DNA of 60,836 bases, from positions 1-60,836 of the IMG/VR virus record IMGVR_UViG_3300020005_000005; one strand, 5' to 3'. The DNA comes from a virus. Taxonomy: Duplodnaviria; Caudoviricetes. A program made the position numbers and the translations under genes. Position 1 is the first letter of the stretch; the number at the start of each line of letters is the position of its first letter. Below, one piece after another: positions 1 to 8,827 of the stretch. A model generated the notes under the pieces. That model had not been told where the DNA came from. It saw only the letters and a list, made by a program, of their open reading frames with translations, and searched no databases.

Positions 1-80
1 ATTTGCAACCATATTGCAACAAGGCAAAGCGATTGCCCCCCTCATGTCCCCCTTATTACGTGTTGTAACATCTAATTTAT

Positions 81-116
81 TGTCGCAATGCACCCGCGGA
101 GGGCGTAATGCGACAT
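81..116. other. Stem-loop in the non-coding left end
   Basis: TGTCGCA (81-87) pairs with TGCGACA near 110-116, with an inner CCC/GGG pairing. Confidence 0.4.
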
Positions 117-575
117 GACTGCAGTACTATGCTATACCTAGTTAACATAATGATAATTATTTAACAAACAAAACCTTTAAATTAGGCTATATACTCATGT
201 TTGTATTGCTGACATGGTATAACAGGAGTCTATCTGTCAAGGTGGCATAAGATAGGACCGGCACAAAAAGAATGCTTTTTAGGCAGGGGAAACAAGAGGC
301 GGGGGGTGTTTGACTTGACGCCGGGCAGCCGGGCGGGGGGGAGGGGAACCCCCAAACATTTCACACAAAAAGGGACCCCCTCTACATTTTTCCCAAAAAA
401 ACCGGGGTAAAAAGTGCCCTGAGGCTCGATTTACAGACAAAATATTAATAATGGTATACTTGAGTTAATATTAACAGTCGAGCATTGGGGTCTCGCGGGG
501 TGTGCTTATCCCCCCTATACTAAAGTTGATTACTTTATTGATCAAAAACGACTTTAGTATCATCCCTTTGGTGGA

Positions 576-604
576 CAACCTTTGGTATCCTTTTTGCGTT
601 ATAA
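576..604 (+). promoter_or_regulatory. ECF-sigma-type promoter motif, copy 1
   Basis: CAAC(576-579)-N17-CGTTATAA(597-604); ATG at 610. Confidence 0.65.
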
Positions 605-609
605 GGGGT

Positions 610-1353
610 ATGGACTACAAAACAATAAAATACCCGGACGGGCAGATATCTGTAGAGATTACTGATTTCGACGGACCAATCAAAAAGAGGATTAATAGTT
701 ATGAGGATCTGATAGGGATAGTGTCTGCAGGCGAGGTGCTCCGCCACCAGGGTAAATCGTGCGATCTATTTATTCCATGCCTTTTGGGGCAGCGGAGTGA
801 TAGGCGCTTTGGTCAAGATCAATCCTTTGATCTTAAAGTGATAGCGGGGCTGATCAACTCGGGCGGTTTTGGCAATGTGTCAATACTGGATCCACACAGC
901 GATGTTGCCTTAGCCCTGATAGACAGATCAACCAAGGTATCTTCTTACCAGTATGTCGCCCAGGCGTACGCAGAGGAGGGGTCTCCTACCTTAGTGTCTC
1001 CGGACGCGGGGGCCTATAAGAAGGTTTTTGAGTACGGTCAAAAGCTGGGAGCGCCAGTAGTGGCGGCAGTCAAGCACCGTGACAAGGATGGCAAGATCGA
1101 CCTTTCTTTTATTGGGGACGTTGCAGGGCAAAAATGCCTGATAGTGGATGACCTGGCTGACGGGGGATACACCTTTGTTTTGCTTGCAGAAGCGCTTCGC
1201 AGACAGGGTGCCATCAGAGTCGCGCTCTACGTCACGCACGCCTACTTTAATAAGGGTTTTGGTTTATTAGCCCCCCTTATAGACAACATTTATTGCACCA
1301 ATTCCGTTAAAGATATCGTAGACCCACTTGTAACACAATACAATGTCATATAG
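610..1353 (+). CDS. prs: Ribose-phosphate pyrophosphokinase-like protein (probable Adps of NARP1)
   Basis: YPDGQ N-terminus, RSDRRF, LDPHS, SPDAGA and PRPP-binding loop LIVDDLADGGYT; ATG 610 preferred over GTG 502. Confidence 0.85.
   Translation: MDYKTIKYPDGQISVEITDFDGPIKKRINSYEDLIGIVSAGEVLRHQGKSCDLFIPCLLGQRSDRRFGQDQSFDLKVIAGLINSGGFGNVSILDPHSDVALALIDRSTKVSSYQYVAQAYAEEGSPTLVSPDAGAYKKVFEYGQKLGAPVVAAVKHRDKDGKIDLSFIGDVAGQKCLIVDDLADGGYTFVLLAEALRRQGAIRVALYVTHAYFNKGFGLLAPLIDNIYCTNSVKDIVDPLVTQYNVI
1284..1312 (+). promoter_or_regulatory. ECF-sigma-type promoter motif, copy 2 (inside the end of the PRS-like gene)
   Basis: CAAC(1284-1287)-N17-CGTTAAAG, about 30 nt upstream of the macrodomain ATG. Confidence 0.45.
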
Positions 1354-1822
1354 AGAAGTACAAGGAAATCTAATCACCCTTGCCCAGGAGGGGGAATTTG
1401 ACCTCATCGCACACGGCTGTAATTGCTTTTGTACCATGGGGGCGGGTCTAGCCCCCCAGATGGCAAAGGCCTTTGGATGTGACAAGTTCCCCCTGGAGCA
1501 TGTTGATTATAGAGGTGATATCAACAAATTAGGGCAGATCGACGTCGGCGGCTTCAGATATTTGGGTAATGACTTTTTTGTAGTTAACTGTTATTCACAA
1601 TATGGTTTTGGGGCAAACCACGAGGAAGGCAAAGTAGCACCACTCGACTATGAGGCCCTGATCCTATGCCTGCGCAAAATAGGTCATATTTTTAAGGGTA
1701 AACACATTGGACTGCCCCAGATAGGGTGTCACCTTGCTGGGGGGGATTGGGAGGTGGTAAAAGAGATAATTAAGAAGGAATTGTCAAAATGTGATATTAC
1801 TATTGTAATTTATAAACCATGA
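1343..1822 (+). CDS. Macrodomain protein (ADP-ribose binding/hydrolase)
   Basis: GNL, IAHGCNC, MGAGLA and LPQIGCHLAGGDW motifs typical of phage macrodomains. Confidence 0.9.
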   Translation: MSYREVQGNLITLAQEGEFDLIAHGCNCFCTMGAGLAPQMAKAFGCDKFPLEHVDYRGDINKLGQIDVGGFRYLGNDFFVVNCYSQYGFGANHEEGKVAPLDYEALILCLRKIGHIFKGKHIGLPQIGCHLAGGDWEVVKEIIKKELSKCDITIVIYKP

Positions 1823-3261
1823 GAATAAATCCTTTACTTTTAACAGACTACTACAAGACGGAGCACTACAAGATGTACCCCCTCGGTACTTCTATGATCT
1901 ATTCCAACCTGACTCCACGCAAGAGTAGGCTACCAGGGGTCGATGCTGTTGTCGTCTTTGGTGTTCAATATTTTATAAAAGAGTACCTTATTAAAAGGTT
2001 TGATGAGGACTTCTTTGATAGGTCCTGGGGGGATGTGCTGGAAGAATACCGCTTTGCTGTCAACACTGATACAGCCCACATCGAGGCACTACACCGTTTG
2101 GGGTACTTACCTATCAGGATAAAAAGTCTTGCTGAGGGGTCTTTATGCCCTATAAGGGTACCTATGTTAACTATCGTAAATACCCTTCCTGATTTCTTCT
2201 GGCTGACTAATTACTTGGAAACATTGATGAGCAATGTCTTGTGGCAACCTATTACTTCGGCCACCATTGCTTACGAGTACAAGAAATTACTAAATAGGTG
2301 GGCACGCATGACAGGGGGAGATGAAAGTTTTGTGCCCTGGCAGGGGCACGATTTTAGCTTTAGGGGTATGTCTTCTCCTGAGTCAGGCATGACATCCGCT
2401 ATGGGCCACCTCTTGTCATTCACCGGTACTGACACCATACCCGCTATATACGGCCTGCGCGATTACTATAATGGACAGGGTCTGATTGGCGCCTCTGTGC
2501 CTGCAACAGAGCACAGCGTTATGTGCATGGGTGGCGCTTACTCAGAGCAGGAGACTTTTGAAAGATTGCTCGACCTTTATCCTACCGGAATCCTTTCAGT
2601 CGTCTCAGACACGTGGGACCTGTGGCACGTCTTGGGTACTATCTTACCTAATTCAAAAGACAAAATAATGGCCCGAGACGGTAAACTGGTGATCAGGCCC
2701 GACTCAGGGGATCCTGCTGATATTCTGTGCGGACAATCAAAAGATAAATGGACAAGGAGTATTAAAGACATTCCCAAACAAAAGGGGGTTATAGAGTTGT
2801 TATGGAATATCTTCGGGGGCACTGTCAACGCCAAGGGATACAAAGTACTTGATCCGCACATTGGGGCCATCTACGGCGACTCAATTACTTTGGAGAGAGC
2901 AGAGGACATACTGTCCCGCCTGGCAGTCAAAGGCTTTGCCTCTACCAACGTGGTGTTAGGTATTGGTTCCTATACCTATCAGTATAATACGCGCGACACC
3001 CTGGGCTTCGCCGTCAAGGCGACGTACGGAGAAGTAGATGGTGTAGGCAGAGAGATCTTTAAAGACCCAGTCACTGACGACGGTACAAAGAAAAGTGCCA
3101 AGGGGCTTCTTGTCGTTCACAAGGGCGACGGCGGTTATGTGCTCAAAGATCAGCAAACAGTTGACGGAGAAAGAAGGGGAGAACTAGACACCGTCTTTGT
3201 TGATGGTATGATAATCAAAGAGGAATACTTGGATAATATAAGAACAAGATTAAATTTTTAA
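1819..3261 (+). CDS. nadV: Nicotinamide phosphoribosyltransferase-like protein (probable Namat of NARP1)
   Basis: TDYYKTEH, HDFSFRG, SVPATEHSVM, SVVSDTWD, VIRPDSGDP, IYGDSIT, KDPVTDDGTKKSAKG. Confidence 0.95.
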   Translation: MRINPLLLTDYYKTEHYKMYPLGTSMIYSNLTPRKSRLPGVDAVVVFGVQYFIKEYLIKRFDEDFFDRSWGDVLEEYRFAVNTDTAHIEALHRLGYLPIRIKSLAEGSLCPIRVPMLTIVNTLPDFFWLTNYLETLMSNVLWQPITSATIAYEYKKLLNRWARMTGGDESFVPWQGHDFSFRGMSSPESGMTSAMGHLLSFTGTDTIPAIYGLRDYYNGQGLIGASVPATEHSVMCMGGAYSEQETFERLLDLYPTGILSVVSDTWDLWHVLGTILPNSKDKIMARDGKLVIRPDSGDPADILCGQSKDKWTRSIKDIPKQKGVIELLWNIFGGTVNAKGYKVLDPHIGAIYGDSITLERAEDILSRLAVKGFASTNVVLGIGSYTYQYNTRDTLGFAVKATYGEVDGVGREIFKDPVTDDGTKKSAKGLLVVHKGDGGYVLKDQQTVDGERRGELDTVFVDGMIIKEEYLDNIRTRLNF

Positions 3262-3265
3262 CTAT

Positions 3266-3487
3266 ATGGAATGCTTACCGTTGTTTTTTGCAGGTTTCCT
3301 TGTTGGCCTATCACTTGGAATGTTGTTGGCTAATAGGTGGTGGACAAAGGCAGATGTGTACAAGAGAGATGCGAGGGATAGGCACCAAGGACCACCGGGG
3401 GCACCCCCTCCGGACTACTGGGGTAAAGGAACAAAAGGGGGCACGAACAGAGTAAACACTGGTTATAACCATCAATATCATGAGTAA
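3266..3487 (+). CDS. Small membrane protein
   Basis: N-terminal hydrophobic helix; packed within the operon. Confidence 0.55.
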   Translation: MECLPLFFAGFLVGLSLGMLLANRWWTKADVYKRDARDRHQGPPGAPPPDYWGKGTKGGTNRVNTGYNHQYHE

Positions 3488-3692
3488 ACAACTCATCTCT
3501 CTAGAGGTACACAACGCGGCCCGTAGTGCTAGTTACAAATTTGACAACAGTCCGGAGCCTAACGGGATTGAATGCCCACAGTGTGGTCACGAGTTGGTAG
3601 ACTCCAACCCTATGGTAGTACTAACTAGCATGCCGGCGCAGAAGAACGTACACTGCCTGACGTGTCGCTACAGGGGTTATAGGTACCTATGA
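3480..3692 (+). CDS. Zinc-ribbon protein
   Basis: CPQC and CLTC pairs. Confidence 0.65.
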   Translation: MSKQLISLEVHNAARSASYKFDNSPEPNGIECPQCGHELVDSNPMVVLTSMPAQKNVHCLTCRYRGYRYL

Positions 3693-3820
3693 CAGAGGAT
3701 CCTATCATCTTTGCTGTAAGAACGCGCTTTTACTATAAGGGCCCCCGGATAGAAACGCTGACTAAGGAGCAATTGCTCGACCTCCTGCGTAAAATCCTCA
3801 AAAAGGAGATTTTTAAATAA
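3689..3820 (+). CDS. Small hypothetical protein (43 aa, absent from the ORF track)
   Basis: ATGA overlap with the upstream stop; MTEDPIIFAVRTRF...KKEIFK; fills the gap exactly. Confidence 0.5.
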   Translation: MTEDPIIFAVRTRFYYKGPRIETLTKEQLLDLLRKILKKEIFK

Positions 3821-3821
3821 T

Positions 3822-3836
3822 AGGCACAATTTTTGT
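3822..3836 (+). promoter_or_regulatory. Sigma54-type -24/-12 motif
   Basis: AGGCACAATTTTTGT; GG at 3823 and G at 3835 have canonical spacing; ATG at 3849. Confidence 0.65.
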
Positions 3837-3848
3837 GGTATAAATCTT

Positions 3849-4505
3849 ATGATTAAACCAATACTAATTTGTGCCTTTTTTGTGCTTTTTGCACAGGGCA
3901 TGCCGGAAGCGGAGAATCAAACGAAGACCACCTACCTTAAAGAGGTGGAGATTGTTGGCTATCCGCTCGATGTGGAGATCTACCGGGTTCTTACTCAGGG
4001 TAAAGACTCTGTTTGGGCGCTTGATGGGTCTGACAGTCTCCTGATCGATGTACCGGCCCTAGATCCGGCCATGGCGCGACTCATCGTTGCACAAGCCCGA
4101 CACGAGACGGGTGACTTTGTCTCCCCATTATTTACTAATCACAACAATGTTTACGGAATGCAACATCCGGGACGCGGCAAACTAACCACCTCCCTAGGTC
4201 CACTTGCGACAGCAGAAGGAAGGCCCAACAAGTACGCATCCTATAGTACCGTTGAGGCATCGGTACTTGATTTAATGCTCTGGCTACAGTATCACAACAC
4301 ACCCAAGATTACCACGGCCGATGCGTATTGTAAGTATTTAAAACAACATCGTTACTTTGAAGCACCTTTAGTCGTTTACCAAAACAGTCTCAAACACTAT
4401 TTAGCATGTCCATCACCCAGTTTAAAAACCTTTATGACCAAAAACCCTTTTACACATCAATCGACAAAGTCCTTGAGACTATCAAAAACGGTGGCAAGCA
4501 ATTAG
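3849..4505 (+). CDS. GH73 glucosaminidase-family peptidoglycan hydrolase with signal peptide
   Basis: AQARHETG catalytic motif, NNVYGM, YASYSTVEASV; hydrophobic N-terminus ending AQG. Confidence 0.8.
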   Translation: MIKPILICAFFVLFAQGMPEAENQTKTTYLKEVEIVGYPLDVEIYRVLTQGKDSVWALDGSDSLLIDVPALDPAMARLIVAQARHETGDFVSPLFTNHNNVYGMQHPGRGKLTTSLGPLATAEGRPNKYASYSTVEASVLDLMLWLQYHNTPKITTADAYCKYLKQHRYFEAPLVVYQNSLKHYLACPSPSLKTFMTKNPFTHQSTKSLRLSKTVASN

Positions 4506-6118
4506 ACCTGATCAAACAAATCCGGGCGTCTAGGGACAAGGAGGAACGCAATGAGTTAAAGAAGCAACTTTCCGTTATTTGTTTTGGCGGTAAGTTTAGT
4601 GAACGCAAGGCCGCCGCTTTGGTGGAGTACTCCCGTCTGGTGGTGCTTGACTTTGATGACGCTTCTATAGTGACTAAAAGGCAAGAACTCTTGCTCCTTC
4701 CATACGTCTATGCTGTCTTTGTCTCGCCCTCCGGCGAGGGACTCAAGGCACTCATCCGGGTGAGTTCCGACAACCACTTAGGTCACTGGTCGGCCCTGCA
4801 CAAAGAGATTGATGGAGTTGATAAGAGTGGCAAGGACGTCTGTCGCGCCTGCTTCATGTCTTACGATCCCTCACTGTATGTCAATGCACACAGCGATATT
4901 TATACCAAAGTTGTCGAATCGGCTTATACTGACGAACAAAAACTAGAGAAGTTAAAAGTATGGTTAGCCAACAAGGGCGAACAGTTTAAGACGGGCAACC
5001 GCAATAATTTTTTAGCCAAGCTGGCGGGAGCCTGCAATCGCTTTGGTCTGACGGAGGCCTACGTCCTATCTGTTTTTGAAAGGGACTACGTAAAGGGATC
5101 TGACTTTAGCCTCAACGAGGCGCAGACCGTCGTTAGGTCTATCTACAAGAACTACTCGGAGTTCCACGCGACCGCCTCCTTCGACGAATCCTTTGGTGAG
5201 GCTAGGGCGGCTGAGATACTCTCCTCAGAGTTAACCACCAATGACGTCATTTATCTTAAAGACGTCGAGGCTGATCTGATCAACGATTATGAGCACGGCA
5301 CTCAAGGCGCACCCACCACCTATTTTCCTTCTATCGATCCTATCTTTAGGCCCCTACCCGGTGACCTTAATGTGTTGTCCGGCATAGGCAACCACGGTAA
5401 ATCGGCCATTAAAAAACAAATGGATCTTGTCCGCTCAGTCAAGGACGGTCACAAGCACTGTTACTTTAGCCCCGAGGAGGTCCCGCCTCTGTTCTGGTAC
5501 AGGGAACTCATTCGTTCTTATATAGGCAAACCACTGGAGCCTGGCTCGCGCGACAGGATGACAATGACCGAATATAAGCGGGGTATGGATTTTGTGAAGG
5601 AACACTTTGTTTTTGTCTACCCGCCCAGTCTACCTACACCCGATTACATACTAGAACGCTTTTCTGAGGTGATTATCAAGCACGGTATGAACTCGGTTAC
5701 ATTAGACCCATGGAACCAATTGCTTCACATCATGGACAAAAGGGACGATATCTACCTAGGAGAAGTCCTTTCCAAATTTGAGCGTTTCGCCCAGCAACAC
5801 GGAATCTATTTTACAGTGATATGCCACCCGAATAGGACGCGAAAAAAGAAGGACAAACAGGGGAATGAAGATGCTAATTATGATTGTCCGGACGTTTATG
5901 ACTTAAATGGCGGCCCTACCTGGAACGCGCGATCAACCAATATTTGTGTCTACCATCGCCCGTTTTGGGGTTCGGACAAAAACGACCCTACCGCCGAATT
6001 CCATTCAAAAAAAATTAAGAGACAAATGATTAGCGGCATTCCTGGCGCGTGTTCACTTGATTATAACCGCAAAACAGGTCGTTTTTATGATGGTGGTTAC
6101 TCTCCATTGGACAACTAA
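4406..6118 (+). CDS. Primase-helicase (BT4734/VirE-N-like primase, PriCT-like linker, SF4 helicase)
   Basis: VLDFD, FVSPSGEGLK, DKSGKDVCRACFMSYDP; GNRNNFL; Walker A SGIGNHGKS; LDPWN; ICHP. Confidence 0.85.
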   Translation: MSITQFKNLYDQKPFYTSIDKVLETIKNGGKQLDLIKQIRASRDKEERNELKKQLSVICFGGKFSERKAAALVEYSRLVVLDFDDASIVTKRQELLLLPYVYAVFVSPSGEGLKALIRVSSDNHLGHWSALHKEIDGVDKSGKDVCRACFMSYDPSLYVNAHSDIYTKVVESAYTDEQKLEKLKVWLANKGEQFKTGNRNNFLAKLAGACNRFGLTEAYVLSVFERDYVKGSDFSLNEAQTVVRSIYKNYSEFHATASFDESFGEARAAEILSSELTTNDVIYLKDVEADLINDYEHGTQGAPTTYFPSIDPIFRPLPGDLNVLSGIGNHGKSAIKKQMDLVRSVKDGHKHCYFSPEEVPPLFWYRELIRSYIGKPLEPGSRDRMTMTEYKRGMDFVKEHFVFVYPPSLPTPDYILERFSEVIIKHGMNSVTLDPWNQLLHIMDKRDDIYLGEVLSKFERFAQQHGIYFTVICHPNRTRKKKDKQGNEDANYDCPDVYDLNGGPTWNARSTNICVYHRPFWGSDKNDPTAEFHSKKIKRQMISGIPGACSLDYNRKTGRFYDGGYSPLDN

Positions 6119-6139
6119 ATTTAAAATCTTACGTTAATA
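6112..6139 (+). promoter_or_regulatory. ECF-sigma-type promoter motif, copy 3
   Basis: CAAC(6112-6115)-N16-CGTTAATA(6132-6139) at the head of a small-gene cluster. Confidence 0.6.
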
Positions 6140-6193
6140 AGTCTATAGTCCCTTAACCTGACCCCCTCTTGAACCCTATAAAATGGAGATACG

Positions 6194-6325
6194 ATGAAAG
6201 AAGATCAAAAGACAACAGATTTAGGGTGTGGATGCGCTTTCTTCATGCTGATGTTTATTTGCTACGCCCTTTGGCATATCTCAAATCAACTTTCAAGTAT
6301 TATTGAATTATTGAAACGACCTTAA
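6194..6325 (+). CDS. Small membrane protein (43 aa, absent from the ORF track)
   Basis: MKEDQKTTDLGCGCAFFMLMFICYALW...; one transmembrane segment. Confidence 0.5.
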   Translation: MKEDQKTTDLGCGCAFFMLMFICYALWHISNQLSSIIELLKRP

Positions 6326-6337
6326 CCCCCTCCCCCC

Positions 6338-6772
6338 ATGCCCCTAAGTGAGAACATGACTATTGACGAACGCAAAGCAAGAGACAAGGCGATAAGAAAA
6401 GCCATAAAAAGCGATTACCCGCTAATTAAGTTTTTAGATATTGATGATGAGGCCAGATTAATTGCGGTGGCGTGGGTAGAGGGATTTGAAAAGATCGGAA
6501 CGATTGAAATTGAACAAAAACATAAGCTCGCCTCTGACATCATGAATTACACCAGACGCAAACTCGCCTCCCGCGATTCTGAACTTAGGGAACTGAGAGA
6601 GGTAGCGGAGAGGATGGCGGAGGCGTTGGAATTTTTCTCCACTGAGAGCGATATAATTGATAACGAATACCCAGTACACTCTGGCAAAGGTCGTGAAGCC
6701 ATCGCAGCTTATCGCAAAATTAAACCCGAGATAAAACATGGCACGCAAAAAGACCCATCAAGAAGTAGCTGA
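6338..6772 (+). CDS. Hypothetical protein
   Basis: 144-aa ORF in a tightly packed cluster. Confidence 0.6.
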   Translation: MPLSENMTIDERKARDKAIRKAIKSDYPLIKFLDIDDEARLIAVAWVEGFEKIGTIEIEQKHKLASDIMNYTRRKLASRDSELRELREVAERMAEALEFFSTESDIIDNEYPVHSGKGREAIAAYRKIKPEIKHGTQKDPSRSS

Positions 6773-6884
6773 GGCACATGCTAAAGACTTCCTTCGGTAC
6801 ATGCTAAAAACCTGTAAAGTGGTTGAGGTGAAACGAAACTTCAAAACTATTGATGAGCATTATTTCGAATATAAATATCAATAA
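6738..6884 (+). CDS. Small hypothetical protein (48 aa, absent from the ORF track)
   Basis: MARKKTHQEVAEAHAKDFLRYML...; A-rich start context; stop 2 nt before the next ATG. Confidence 0.5.
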   Translation: MARKKTHQEVAEAHAKDFLRYMLKTCKVVEVKRNFKTIDEHYFEYKYQ

Positions 6885-6886
6885 CC

Positions 6887-7285
6887 ATGAGAACATTAAG
6901 CGCACAAAATTTGGCTCTGTACCTGGGGTGTGAAGTGGAGTGCAAAGACGGCTTTACCCGCCAATTAATAGGTATATGCCGGTCCAACGATGATGAGAAC
7001 GAAATTAGGATTCAAACACGCATGGATGAACGTAGTAATGTATTGTGGTTTGATGAAGGTGAAGTCAAGCCACTTCTCCGCAAACTTGAATCTATGACGG
7101 AGGAAGATAAAAAAGAACTTTGTATCGTATGCGACTGGCCTGATTGGAAAACTGTTTTGATTAATTCTTCAGGTAGATATACCCCATCTCAATTCACCTA
7201 TCTTCTCTCCAAGCACTTCGATTTATTCAACTACATCGCGGAAGGTTTAGCGCTAGACAAAAATTTAAAAGATAATGCTAATTGA
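6887..7285 (+). CDS. Hypothetical phage protein
   Basis: LYLGCEV...VKPLLRKLESMTEE...LLSKHFDLF pattern resembling proteins of Bacteroidota phages. Confidence 0.65.
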   Translation: MRTLSAQNLALYLGCEVECKDGFTRQLIGICRSNDDENEIRIQTRMDERSNVLWFDEGEVKPLLRKLESMTEEDKKELCIVCDWPDWKTVLINSSGRYTPSQFTYLLSKHFDLFNYIAEGLALDKNLKDNAN

Positions 7286-7568
7286 TGAACTTATTGATAT
7301 GAGAGCAAAGGCCAGAGAAGGTAAGAACTATAAACTTTGTGACATAACCAGGCACAAATTGGATGCAGAACTTGTCTTCATATTTGATGCACCTTGGGGC
7401 CAGCAAATTTACTACCTAACCGAATCCTATTTTAAAAGAAAGCCGCCTGAAATGACTAACCGCAAATATGTTGAATACAAAATTCAGGCAGACATTAAGG
7501 CAGATCAGCTTCTAGATGCATGGTTATACACTGTGCGTCAAACATTGGACAAAAATCAAAGGGTATGA
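7275..7568 (+). CDS. Protein resembling the cysteinyl-tRNA synthetase C-terminal anticodon-binding domain
   Basis: IDELIDMRAKAREGKNYKLCDITRHKLDAELVFIFDAPWG matches the CysRS pattern LIxxRxxARxxKxWxxADxIRxxLxxxGxxxxDxxxG. Confidence 0.55.
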   Translation: MLIDELIDMRAKAREGKNYKLCDITRHKLDAELVFIFDAPWGQQIYYLTESYFKRKPPEMTNRKYVEYKIQADIKADQLLDAWLYTVRQTLDKNQRV

Positions 7569-7780
7569 AAGACGAATGGATTAGCGTTAAGGAGAGATTA
7601 CCGGGAGAGTTAGAATTTGTATTAGCCTACGGGAATGAAATTAATATGAAAATGCAAGTCGTAAGCCTTTGGAAAAGTGGTCATCCGGATAGAGTAATTG
7701 GTTATCAACTTAACGGTAATTCAATAAATGATGTCACCCACTGGATGCCCCTCCCTTCACCCCCTAATCAAGGACACTAA
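7565..7780 (+). CDS. DUF551-family protein
   Basis: EWISVKERLP ... VTHWMPLPSPP. Confidence 0.85.
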   Translation: MKDEWISVKERLPGELEFVLAYGNEINMKMQVVSLWKSGHPDRVIGYQLNGNSINDVTHWMPLPSPPNQGH

Positions 7781-7792
7781 ACGGAATAGAAT

Positions 7793-8458
7793 ATGAAAAA
7801 TAAGCGCAAGGTTGCCGTCCTATCCAGCAGCCCGGTAAAGAGCGAGACAGAAAGTATAGGTATTAAAATTGACGTTAACAACTTATCAACACATGAATTA
7901 CTGGACAATCTTATGTGTTCTGCTTATTACCAAAAATCTTACTTCGGTGGATTTGAGGAATGGAGAGAAAGTGATATAATTCAACAGGATATTAAACGTA
8001 TAGAATCACGTCTTCAACCCAAGGCCGAACCTACCGTAGAAGGGGAGAAATGGATTCTTGATGAGGTCAATGCCTGCATCTTTAAGGGTGATGATGTTCT
8101 TCGATTTGAATCATTTGAACCATACTTTCCGCCAGATAAAAATAAATTAATTAAACTCCAATCCATCGCTGCCCTTCTCAATCGTGCCCCCTCGGGGGAA
8201 GAGACAAAGGAGGAAATTAGTCCAAGAGTTGCAAAACTGATTCTTGGTATTCGTGACGCTCTTGCGCTGGATAACGAAAAGGAAGCATATCACTTACTTT
8301 ATCAGATTACCTCGCCTAAATTCGATAAAACTACGGAACTATGGAAAGACGTTGAAGCTATTGCTCGCCGTTCCCCCGACAAGAACGTAGGAAAGGGGTG
8401 CCCCTGTAAAGAATCTCCTAATTGTGACTGCACTGTTGCTGGATTTCAATCTATATGA
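7793..8458 (+). CDS. Hypothetical protein
   Basis: 221-aa ORF with a Cys-rich C-terminal tip. Confidence 0.6.
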   Translation: MKNKRKVAVLSSSPVKSETESIGIKIDVNNLSTHELLDNLMCSAYYQKSYFGGFEEWRESDIIQQDIKRIESRLQPKAEPTVEGEKWILDEVNACIFKGDDVLRFESFEPYFPPDKNKLIKLQSIAALLNRAPSGEETKEEISPRVAKLILGIRDALALDNEKEAYHLLYQITSPKFDKTTELWKDVEAIARRSPDKNVGKGCPCKESPNCDCTVAGFQSI

Positions 8459-8808
8459 TCAAATATAAAACATCAACTGGAGAGGTGGTCTCTCAGGCAA
8501 CAATCAACAAAGAGCGGGCGGAGGCGTACATCAAGTACGATTTGGGTGTACGGGTTTGCGCGGGATGTGGCGGCCAGGCGCAGGGTCGGGCACACATTAT
8601 CGCTCAAGCGCGATGTAAGAGTATCCACAAAACAGACTATATCTGGCAACCATGGAACTGGTTCATTGCTTGTCATCGTTGTAATCAAAATTGGGAGGGA
8701 TTTAAGGGAGATGCGTGTAAGAAACTACTGAATTATGAAGAGTGTCTGCAGGTTCTGAAAGAGCATGATTATTATACTTTTCTGAAATATACTCATCTCC
8801 CGGCATGA
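8455..8808 (+). CDS. HNH-like zinc-binding nuclease
   Basis: CAGC...AHII...NWFIACHRCN. Confidence 0.65.
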   Translation: MIKYKTSTGEVVSQATINKERAEAYIKYDLGVRVCAGCGGQAQGRAHIIAQARCKSIHKTDYIWQPWNWFIACHRCNQNWEGFKGDACKKLLNYEECLQVLKEHDYYTFLKYTHLPA

Positions 8809-8816
8809 TTTTTGCT
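8801..8816 (+). promoter_or_regulatory. Sigma54-type -24/-12 motif
   Basis: CGGCATGATTTTTGCT with canonical GG-N10-GC; ATG at 8828. Confidence 0.7.
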
Positions 8817-8827
8817 ACATATAACAC

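Noticed and set aside
24-37. Minus-strand GGCAATCGCTTTGC, sigma54-like spacing, pointing out of the window
   Set aside because: Lacks the CAC/CAT core of the other copies and no target gene is visible; left uncalled
502-609. 36-codon N-terminal extension of the PRS-like ORF from GTG 502
   Set aside because: PRS-like similarity begins at ATG 610 and the extension spans a promoter motif
6739-6753. TGGCACGCAAAAAGA as another sigma54 site
   Set aside because: No TTG at -12; explained by the codons Met-Ala-Arg-Lys-Lys
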